Source of the DNA: Bdellovibrionales bacterium
GTDB taxonomy: Bacteria > Bdellovibrionota > Bdellovibrionia > Bdellovibrionales > UBA1609
NCBI GenBank assembly: GCA_050246815.1
Contig: JBFWVI010000027.1
Span: 22,949-41,611 of the forward strand
DNA length: 18,663 bases
Direction of reading: 5' to 3'
Below are positions 8,618-15,607 of this stretch, in pieces (position 1 is the first letter of the stretch; every line of letters begins with the position of its first letter). The position numbers were made by a program, and so were the translations under genes. The notes under the pieces are model-generated. The model made no database searches. It worked only from the letters and a program-made list of their open reading frames with translations, and had not been told where the DNA came from.

Positions 8618-9814
8618 CTAAAGCTTAAAATCCCGGCAGGGGTTGGGGCTTTTATCCGTTTCGGCAAATTTTTTGTAAAGCGCGTCGAACATTTCGCGTT
8701 CGATACCGTTGAGGTATTCCAAGATTTTTTGAATTCTCAATTCAGACTGGGCCCGCTCAATTTTTTTGATTCCCAGGAGCGGCTGTTTGCAATCGGACGC
8801 GGACGGTTTTTGTTGGCAAGCGGTTTCAAGATATTTTAGGGCTTCCCAATTATTTTTCTCTTCATCCAATTCCAGCAAGAGGCTACGCAGAACATCATAG
8901 CGTCTGAAGCCACTGAAGTGTTTGTTGATGGGAACCCTGTGCCATGACACAGAACCCGCTAGGGCAAGACGGGACGCTTGCTGCTGGACCGCTGCAAGTG
9001 CATACGTGCACGCTTTTGATCGATCATCTTCCTCGAACAGCGTGCCTGAGTTGTACAGGGAGTCCTTGGCGTTGTCCCATTGGCGCAGAACAGTTCTCAT
9101 ATTTGCCAAAGTCTCACTGGCCAATTGCCCCGGCCCGCTTGAAATCATGGGTTGAGCCGGAAAGATTTTTGAAGCTCGAGATTTCAAAAAGGCTTCTTCT
9201 AAATTTGAAGAATTCTTCAGTTGTTCGTTCAACCACTCACCATCATTCGTGTAGGCGGGCCGTTCAGGGCGTGCCATGGACACCACGCAAGTTTTGCCTG
9301 TTGCCAATTCCTGCAGTTGCCCCGAGTAACAGGTGGTGCTGACGATCGCGAGTTTCACCCCGGCCTTTTCGGCCGCGTTGCGTAAATCGCGCAATGTGGG
9401 CGTGACCATGATCGTGTTGTCCGTGCCCACGACTTCGTACACACCTTCTTGGATTGTGCCATGTGAGTCTATTTGCAGAAGGAGCTGATCTTGAGCTTTG
9501 ATTTTTCCGGATTGGATGTCTCGCAGCAGTTGGCTGATTTTGTCGTTGTAGTTGTTGTCGCTAAAATCAGGAACCTCTTTTTTTAGATGGGTTTTGGCGA
9601 TGGCCTGGGATGCTTTGTGCTGATTGGAGTAATAAAAATCTCCATTCCAGTTCCGGGATTTTGCAAAGAGCAAAAAAAGTTCAAAGGAGCGGTCAAACTG
9701 ATTTTCTTGATCTTGGGTTTCGCCGCCGCCGCCAAAGTAGACGGCGATTTTCTTGGGTTTGTCCTGGGCGGCAGTTGAAACAGAAACTAAGTATGTGAAA
9801 AACCATGCGAGCAT
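8618..9814 (-). CDS. Secreted caspase/hemoglobinase-fold (clan CD, C13/C14-like) cysteine protease
   Basis: The ORF track labels it '+', but it reads on the minus strand: cat at 9812-9814 is the ATG and cta at 8618-8620 is the TAG. Hydrophobic N-terminus; His-Gly dyad motif LLLQIDSHG and Cys motif LAIVSTTCYSG followed by TCVVSMA. Confidence 0.72.
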   Translation of the reverse strand: MLAWFFTYLVSVSTAAQDKPKKIAVYFGGGGETQDQENQFDRSFELFLLFAKSRNWNGDFYYSNQHKASQAIAKTHLKKEVPDFSDNNYNDKISQLLRDIQSGKIKAQDQLLLQIDSHGTIQEGVYEVVGTDNTIMVTPTLRDLRNAAEKAGVKLAIVSTTCYSGQLQELATGKTCVVSMARPERPAYTNDGEWLNEQLKNSSNLEEAFLKSRASKIFPAQPMISSGPGQLASETLANMRTVLRQWDNAKDSLYNSGTLFEEDDRSKACTYALAAVQQQASRLALAGSVSWHRVPINKHFSGFRRYDVLRSLLLELDEEKNNWEALKYLETACQQKPSASDCKQPLLGIKKIERAQSELRIQKILEYLNGIEREMFDALYKKFAETDKSPNPCRDFKL

Positions 9815-9882
9815 TCCATATTATCGGAATATCGGCCCGATGATGGAAGGCGGACGGGACGTTTGTCTGGCTCGGGCACCAA

Positions 9883-11115
9883 TCAGCGCTGGTAGGCCCG
9901 TTTCATTTCATCATACAGGCGCTGATTGATCTTGCCAGCGCGAGAACACATTAAATCGTCGATATCGATCTGATACGTGACCATGGCCTGCTCGGGTTCG
10001 GAATAAAATTCGATATAGCAATCAGGCAGTCCAAAGACATGACCAAATTCGTGGCGAATGGTCCACTGCACATCCCACTCGGTCAAGGGCGCTTGCGAAT
10101 CCATATACACATTGCCGCCGCCCAAGCCGTCCACATGTGGGGTGATGCCTGGTTGCCAATGCACCTTGACCATGGCATTCGGGTTGAAGCCGATGGTCAA
10201 ACGCCAGTTCTGCCAGCGCCATTCGTCTTCGAGGTTCTTTTTCAAAAAGTCAGTTTGTTCGCGGGATTGGTTGTTGAAAATGTCGATCTTCGCTTCATTG
10301 TTGGGTGCCCACGTCAATTCGCGGCGGGGGTTTTGTAATTGAAAGAAGTCGTCGTAGATGCTTGCTGCGCCGGATTCATAGCGGCGATACAAGGCGACCA
10401 GGGTTTTGTTTTGAGTAGAACTTTGCACAAGCGAATTGCAGATTTGGTCGTCTTCTTCGGTGTTGTAGCAGATCATGCTTAGCCAAGCTTCAATTTGCTT
10501 TTTTTCTTCTGACGGTAAGGAGTCAAAGCCGCTCAAGGTGGCCTCAAGATTCGGTAGACGCGAAAGAAAATAATAGCCGCGAATGTCGCGCTGGCGGCGT
10601 GTCTTCATCCATGGCAAATAGGGCTCCATCATGATCCAGCGCAAAGCGGTTTGGTAGACCACGTCCATTTTGCGGCCGAGTTCAATGTACAGTTCCAGGG
10701 GCTCGGGAGGATTTTGCGTGAAATCTTTTTTTTGCAGCAAGACTTCTTTCATGAGCGGCATCATACGCTCTTGCAGCTTCAAAAAGTCCTGGTGCACGAT
10801 CGTTTCAGAATAGAGTTTGGGTTTGGTGATCGGAATGCCACGTAGATCGCCGGGCTTGGTGAACTGCAAAGGGTCTTTACGGAAACTGTTGATGTGGCGA
10901 AGCCAATCCAAGTTGCGTTGGCCCGCATCCAAAATCAAATCCAGTTCAGGCGACCTCGCGCGCGGCCGCTCGCCAAAGATTTGAAAATGGTTTTGCGTGG
11001 CCAGGACTTGAAGCAGCTCTTGGCTTGAGGCCTCAAGATCAAGGTGTGGAGGCTCGGGCAGTTGTTGCGCGGTTGCGAACGTCGACCAGGTCAGCAGCAA
11101 AGCCATCCACTTCAT
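9883..11115 (-). CDS. Secreted zinc metalloprotease (metzincin-like, HExxHxxGxxD)
   Basis: Signal peptide MKWMALLLTWSTFATA|Q, C-terminal TIRHEFGHVFGLPDCY zinc motif and a downstream Met-turn-like DDLMCS. Strong GGAGGGG RBS. Confidence 0.8.
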   Translation of the reverse strand: MKWMALLLTWSTFATAQQLPEPPHLDLEASSQELLQVLATQNHFQIFGERPRARSPELDLILDAGQRNLDWLRHINSFRKDPLQFTKPGDLRGIPITKPKLYSETIVHQDFLKLQERMMPLMKEVLLQKKDFTQNPPEPLELYIELGRKMDVVYQTALRWIMMEPYLPWMKTRRQRDIRGYYFLSRLPNLEATLSGFDSLPSEEKKQIEAWLSMICYNTEEDDQICNSLVQSSTQNKTLVALYRRYESGAASIYDDFFQLQNPRRELTWAPNNEAKIDIFNNQSREQTDFLKKNLEDEWRWQNWRLTIGFNPNAMVKVHWQPGITPHVDGLGGGNVYMDSQAPLTEWDVQWTIRHEFGHVFGLPDCYIEFYSEPEQAMVTYQIDIDDLMCSRAGKINQRLYDEMKRAYQR

Positions 11116-11286
11116 AGATCCCCCTCCCCTATGTCCCTTGAGTAAGAAAATTCCGGCCGCGCGTTGATGTCAATGGACAAATCGATTTGGAATTTAAGAT
11201 AGAACAATGCATGGTGCCCTTCGTTCGGAGGAATTAAGCCAGCACGATCGGCGCTGCGGGCGTCTTCATTGCCGCCCCGTCCAAAC

Positions 11287-11392
11287 ACGAAGTTGCCGAC
11301 CAGTGAAAGGGGGCCGCGCCGTCGGTTTTAGGCTGTTTTAAATCGAATTAGGGCAGCATGGATCAAGGTTTTTCACCAGTCGGAAACTTCGT
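11287..11392. repeat. Intergenic inverted repeat (22-bp arms, 19/22 Watson-Crick, 62-nt interior); possible structured RNA or MITE remnant
   Basis: acgaagttgccgaccagtgaaa (11287-11308) versus tttcaccagtcggaaacttcgt (11371-11392). Two of the three mismatches become G-U pairs on the minus strand. Confidence 0.6.
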
Positions 11393-11452
11393 TGAGGGGG
11401 GGCACGGTTCTTGGTTGCTGCAAAAGCAAAATAGCAAGTTGCAAATATTGAA

Positions 11453-12151
11453 CTAGGCCGCGCGAACGAAGGTGCGGCCCGAGCTGCGCACGTATTGGAT
11501 GATGGCGCCGCGGGCTTCCATATTGATGTTTTGGAAGCGAAAACCCACGTAGCCGTTTTCAGTGACATAGCGCACTTCGGCTTTGGCGTGAATGGGGTCG
11601 TAAAATGAGTCGCTGTTGATTTCAATAGTTACCACTTGGCCCGCGGTCAGGCCGCTCAATTGGTCGGCGCCAAATCCACCCTCGCTGATGACTAGCAAAT
11701 TGCCGTCCAAGCTTTGTTGCCCCACTTTGATGGAAACTTTGCCTTCGATTTCGGCGCGCGGGTACTGGCGCTTATTCAGGCCGACTGAGTCCAGAATATC
11801 GTTGAATTCATAAATCGGGGCCCAGGCCTTCATACCTTTGGTCCAGATCAAAACTTCTTGATTTAGATTAGTCTCTTTCAGTTTCACGACTAAATCTTCA
11901 CGAGAAAAGGGGCCAAACGAACTTCCACCCACTGCGTAATGCCACAGGCGGGGATCACGAACCTCTTTGGTCTTGGCCAAAAGGTTGGGCAGCTCGACCA
12001 TCCACCAGCCGAGAGGTTTCCAGTCCACTTGCATGCGGCCCCAGATCAAATCGCGATCTTGAAATTCTCCCTGTGTGGCAAGGTTTTTCACCTCTTCCGT
12101 CGAGAAAGGACCACTGACATCTTCATTGCGGAGCACAAACCATTGCACCAT
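11453..12151 (-). CDS. Tandem GYF_2 (DUF4339) domains plus C-terminal PilZ domain protein
   Basis: Two W(F/H)xxxxxxxxGPFS...LIW....W repeats, then PilZ motifs RQYPR (RxxxR), VISEGG and AEVRYV...GFRF. ATG at 12151 (MVQWF, preceded by aggtg) is preferred over the track's 12223. Confidence 0.85.
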   Translation of the reverse strand: MVQWFVLRNEDVSGPFSTEEVKNLATQGEFQDRDLIWGRMQVDWKPLGWWMVELPNLLAKTKEVRDPRLWHYAVGGSSFGPFSREDLVVKLKETNLNQEVLIWTKGMKAWAPIYEFNDILDSVGLNKRQYPRAEIEGKVSIKVGQQSLDGNLLVISEGGFGADQLSGLTAGQVVTIEINSDSFYDPIHAKAEVRYVTENGYVGFRFQNINMEARGAIIQYVRSSGRTFVRAA

Positions 12152-12159
12152 CAGGCACC

Positions 12160-12187
12160 TGATCGGTCGAATAAGTACCGAACTTAA
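12160..12187 (-). promoter_or_regulatory. Candidate sigma-28 (FliA) promoter of the GYF-PilZ gene
   Basis: The minus strand reads (T)TAAG-ttcggtacttattcg(15 nt)-ACCGATCA versus the consensus TAAA-N15-GCCGATAA. It ends 8 nt upstream of the ATG. Confidence 0.4.
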
Positions 12188-12250
12188 GGGCAGAATTCGC
12201 GAAAAAGGTGGTCCTGCTAGCAAAAACTGTGCTAAACCGCCATGGGACCG

Positions 12251-12259
12251 TGTTAAAAT
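12251..12259 (+). promoter_or_regulatory. Candidate extended -10 sigma-70 promoter for the lptC-lptB-rpoN operon
   Basis: TGtTAAAAT 26 nt upstream of the lptC ATG. No clear -35. Confidence 0.35.
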
Positions 12260-12285
12260 GACTTTGGCGAAGGGAAGGCTTTTCG

Positions 12286-13260
12286 ATGTCCAGATACGCT
12301 AGTTCGATTCTAGGCGTGCTGGTCTTTGTCCTGGTGATGCAAGTGGTGGTCTTAGCCCCGCAAAACGTCAATGAAAGGCGCAAAAGCCTGGGCTCTTTGC
12401 CGAACGCGCCTTCGGCCGACATCGAACAAGCCATGCGTGGCGTTCACTTGGTCGAAACCAGTGAAGGTGCGCGTGAGTGGGAATTGTGGGCCGATGAGGC
12501 CGTGGCCTTTAAGAACCGGAATGTTTGGGAGTTGAAGCAGGTGAAAGTGGTTTTATTCGCAGAAAATGGAGTCGAGTTCACAGTCACGGGCGATCGTGGC
12601 GAGATTGAAACTCAGACTAAAAATCTGCAGATCGCAGGAAGCGTGGTCACCAAATCCTCGAACGGTTATTTGTTTAAGACCGAAACGGTCAATTACAGTT
12701 CTGAGCAGCGTCGTCTTTTAAGCCCTGGCGCCGTTGAAATGACCGGCCCCAAGGACCTCAAGGGGCATCGCTTGGCGCTGAAGGGCGAAGGCCTCGACGC
12801 CGATTTGAAAAGCTCGTTGATCAATATCAAAAGCGGAGTGCGTGCAGAACGACAGTTGCCGCCGGATCGCACTGTTGTGATTCGAAGCGATGGCGCCAGA
12901 TTCAGCGGCAAAGAGCGCTTGGCCAAATTTTTGGGCAATGTGATCATGGATATGGACGATATGCGCATCACGGGGCCGGAAGCTGAGTTTGAATATGACG
13001 CCAACAAAGAAATCGTGAAATCAATCGCGGTCAAGGGCGGCGTCAAGGTCAGTGACAGCGAAAAGTGGGCCACCTCGCAGAACTTGAAAGTGCATTTTGA
13101 AGAAGATAAGTACATTTTCCGTGGCAACCCGCGCGTGGTTCAAGACAGCGATGAACTGCGCGGCGAGGAGATCGTCTTTTTGGACGGCGGCCGCAAGGTA
13201 TTGGTGCAGCGCGCCCGTGCACGGGTGGACGAACGCTCCTTGGAAAAGGTGAACAATTGA
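12286..13260 (+). CDS. lptC: LPS export protein LptC fused to an LptA/OstA-like beta-jellyroll domain
   Basis: N-terminal TM anchor, LptC-like segment (REWELWADEA...LFKTETVNY...LKGEGLDADL), then an LptA-like segment (AKFLGNVIM...KGGVKV...FRGNPRVVQDSDELRGEEIVF). Directly upstream of lptB. Confidence 0.82.
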   Translation: MSRYASSILGVLVFVLVMQVVVLAPQNVNERRKSLGSLPNAPSADIEQAMRGVHLVETSEGAREWELWADEAVAFKNRNVWELKQVKVVLFAENGVEFTVTGDRGEIETQTKNLQIAGSVVTKSSNGYLFKTETVNYSSEQRRLLSPGAVEMTGPKDLKGHRLALKGEGLDADLKSSLINIKSGVRAERQLPPDRTVVIRSDGARFSGKERLAKFLGNVIMDMDDMRITGPEAEFEYDANKEIVKSIAVKGGVKVSDSEKWATSQNLKVHFEEDKYIFRGNPRVVQDSDELRGEEIVFLDGGRKVLVQRARARVDERSLEKVNN

Positions 13261-13979
13261 GTCAGTTGGTGATTGAAAAAATCAGTAAACGCTTCAAGGC
13301 GCGCCAGGTGGTGAACGAAGTGTCGTTCGCAGTGGAATCCGGCCAGGTGGTGGGTTTGCTGGGTCCCAACGGCGCGGGCAAAACCACTAGCTTTTATATG
13401 GTTGTGGGTATGCTTCAGCCGGATCAGGGCACCATCACTTTGGATCAAGAGTCCGTTCAAGGGCTGCCCATGTTCCGGCGCGCCCGCATGGGTTTAAGTT
13501 ATTTGCCGCAAGAGGCTTCGATTTTTCGCAAGCTGACGGTGCGTGAAAATTTGTTGGTGGCACTTGAGGCCCATGATCTCAGCCCGGCGGATCAAGAGGA
13601 GCGTCTGCAAACGCTACTGGATGACTTTCGCATCAATCACTTGCGCGAAAGTTATGGCTACGCGCTTTCGGGTGGTGAGCGTCGGCGTGTTGAGATCGCG
13701 CGCTCTTTGGCGGGTTCGCCCAAATTTTTGCTGCTTGACGAGCCTTTCGCCGGCATTGATCCGATCGCGGTGGGCGACATTCAAGATATTATTCGCGAGT
13801 TGAAAAGACGGGGAATTGGCATTTTGATTACCGATCACAACGTGCGCGAGACCTTGGGAATTTGCGATCACGCGTACATTTTGAAAGAGGGAAAAATCGA
13901 AGTGGCGGGCACTGCGGCCGAGATCGCGGCCTCGCCGGTGGCACGCAAATTTTATTTGGGCGAAAACTTTAAGTTGTAA
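13257..13979 (+). CDS. lptB: LPS export ABC transporter ATP-binding protein
   Basis: Walker A GPNGAGKTT, YLPQEASIFRKL, LSGGERRRVEIAR, LLDEPFAGIDP, ITDHNVRETL and C-terminal YLGENFKL. TTG start overlaps the lptC stop. Confidence 0.97.
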   Translation: MSQLVIEKISKRFKARQVVNEVSFAVESGQVVGLLGPNGAGKTTSFYMVVGMLQPDQGTITLDQESVQGLPMFRRARMGLSYLPQEASIFRKLTVRENLLVALEAHDLSPADQEERLQTLLDDFRINHLRESYGYALSGGERRRVEIARSLAGSPKFLLLDEPFAGIDPIAVGDIQDIIRELKRRGIGILITDHNVRETLGICDHAYILKEGKIEVAGTAAEIAASPVARKFYLGENFKL

Positions 13980-13996
13980 ATCAAGGGGCAAGGTGG

Positions 13997-15439
13997 ATGG
14001 CAATGCAGTTAAAAACCAGCATGAAACTCTCCCAGCAGTTGCGGATGACGCCGCAGTTGCAGCAGGCGATCAAGCTGCTTCAGCTTTCACGGCTCGAACT
14101 CGAAACCGCCGTGCGCAAAGAGCTGGATGAAAACCCTGTTCTTGAGGAAATCCAAGAGACCACCGATGATGAAATAAAGGCCACCAGCTCAACCACCAAT
14201 GATGATGTGGCTCCCAACATTCCCGAAACTGAAACCGCGTCTTCCGACCCGCGCCAAGATGAATTTGAGTGGGAAAGTTATATTGAGTCGACGTACAAGC
14301 CGGCCCAATCCCCGGGCGGCGGTGGCAACGAAGAAATCATGAATTATGAAAACGTGATTTCAACCACGTTGACCTTGCATGATCACCTGATGTGGCAGCT
14401 GCAATTGGGTGGATTTAACGAGGAAGAAGAAGCCGTTTTGGCCGTCTTGATTAGCTTTGTTGATGAAGACGGTTACATCAAGATCCCGCTTGAGCAGATC
14501 ACCGAAGAAGAGGGCATTGCAGTCCAAGAATTAGAAGAGATGATGCCCTTTCTGCACGAATTTGACCCGCCAGGCGTGGGCGCCCGTGATTTGAAAGAGT
14601 GTCTTTTGATCCAGGCTAAACATATCGAGGAAGATACTCATGATCTGATGAGCCTGATCAACAACCATCTCAAAGACCTCGAGAAAAAGAACTACAACGG
14701 CATCGCCAAAGCCATGAACTTGTCAGTCGAAAATGTGATCGAAATGTGCAAGATCATCTATTCGATGGATCCCAAGCCTGGCCGTATGTATTTGCCTCAA
14801 GACACGCATTTTGTGACCCCTGACGTGTATGTTTACAAGGTGGGTGACGAATATGTGGTGTCTTTGAATGAAGACGGTTTGCCACGTTTGCGCATTTCTA
14901 ACCTTTACAAAAATATTTTGAAGGGCGACCAGGCCTCCACAGAAAAAACCCAAGCGTACATCCAGGACAAATTGCGTTCGGCGGTGTGGTTGATCAAGTC
15001 GATCCATCAGCGCCAGCGCACGATCTACAAAGTGACCGAAAGCATTGTGAAGCATCAGCGCGACTTCTTTGAAAAAGGCCCAGGCTTTATCAAGCCTATG
15101 ATTTTGCGCGACGTCGCCAACGACATTGGTATGCACGAATCCACCGTTAGTCGGGTGACCACCAGCAAGTACCTGCACACCCCGCGCGGAATTTTTGAGC
15201 TGAAATACTTCTTCAACTCCGGCATCAGTACCACCGATGGTGACTCATTGGCCAGCGAGTCAGTGAAGTTAAAGATTAAGGATCTCGTCAGTCAAGAGGA
15301 CCCACGCGACCCACTTTCGGACCAAAGAATCGTGGAGTTGCTTAAAAAAGACGGCATCCAAATCGCCCGCCGCACCGTCGCCAAATACCGCGACATGTTG
15401 AAGGTACTGCCGTCGTCCAAGCGCAAGAAGATGTTCTGA
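13997..15439 (+). CDS. rpoN: RNA polymerase sigma-54 factor
   Basis: Gln/Leu-rich region I (MTPQLQQAIKLLQLS), DPPGVGARDLKECLLIQ, HESTVSRVT helix-turn-helix and RpoN box ARRTVAKYR. Confidence 0.98.
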   Translation: MAMQLKTSMKLSQQLRMTPQLQQAIKLLQLSRLELETAVRKELDENPVLEEIQETTDDEIKATSSTTNDDVAPNIPETETASSDPRQDEFEWESYIESTYKPAQSPGGGGNEEIMNYENVISTTLTLHDHLMWQLQLGGFNEEEEAVLAVLISFVDEDGYIKIPLEQITEEEGIAVQELEEMMPFLHEFDPPGVGARDLKECLLIQAKHIEEDTHDLMSLINNHLKDLEKKNYNGIAKAMNLSVENVIEMCKIIYSMDPKPGRMYLPQDTHFVTPDVYVYKVGDEYVVSLNEDGLPRLRISNLYKNILKGDQASTEKTQAYIQDKLRSAVWLIKSIHQRQRTIYKVTESIVKHQRDFFEKGPGFIKPMILRDVANDIGMHESTVSRVTTSKYLHTPRGIFELKYFFNSGISTTDGDSLASESVKLKIKDLVSQEDPRDPLSDQRIVELLKKDGIQIARRTVAKYRDMLKVLPSSKRKKMF

Positions 15440-15511
15440 GGCAGGCCCTTCTTTTCCCGTCTGCGATGCGTCTTTTGAGACGCATCGCAGACGGGAAAAG
15501 AAGGGCCTGCC
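15440..15511. repeat. Perfect 34-bp inverted repeat with 4-nt loop (REP/REPIN-like palindrome, copy 1)
   Basis: ggcaggcccttcttttcccgtctgcgatgcgtct (15440-15473), loop tttg, then the exact reverse complement (15478-15511). Begins at the first base after the rpoN stop codon. Confidence 0.95.
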
Positions 15512-15607
15512 AATCCCAATCCCGAAATGATCCGTCATTTTTTGCACCAACCCACGCTCTAAAACGGGAAGTCGCTTTTGCCGCTCGATGCCATTTCCGA
15601 TAACAGG

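Noticed and set aside
8618..9814. ORF track's '+' strand assignment for the 398-aa protein
   Set aside because: The start (cat at 9812-9814) and stop (cta at 8618-8620) show it is on the minus strand.
11145..11173. Perfect TTGACA on the minus strand upstream of the metalloprotease
   Set aside because: The hexamer at 17-nt spacing is TTTTCT, lacking the key A, so I do not call it a promoter.
11207..11341. Short 44-codon plus-strand ORF in the intergenic region
   Set aside because: No RBS, Arg/Cys-rich composition typical of spurious frames, and opposite in orientation to both neighbours.
11400..11414. Sigma-54-like GGGCACGgttcTTGG on the plus strand
   Set aside because: The -12 GC is replaced by GG, and it would point antisense into the end of the PilZ gene.
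11411..11445. Cluster of GCAA/TTGC motifs after the PilZ stop codon
   Set aside because: Irregular spacing (6, 8, 7 nt) of a 4-mer cannot be distinguished from chance.
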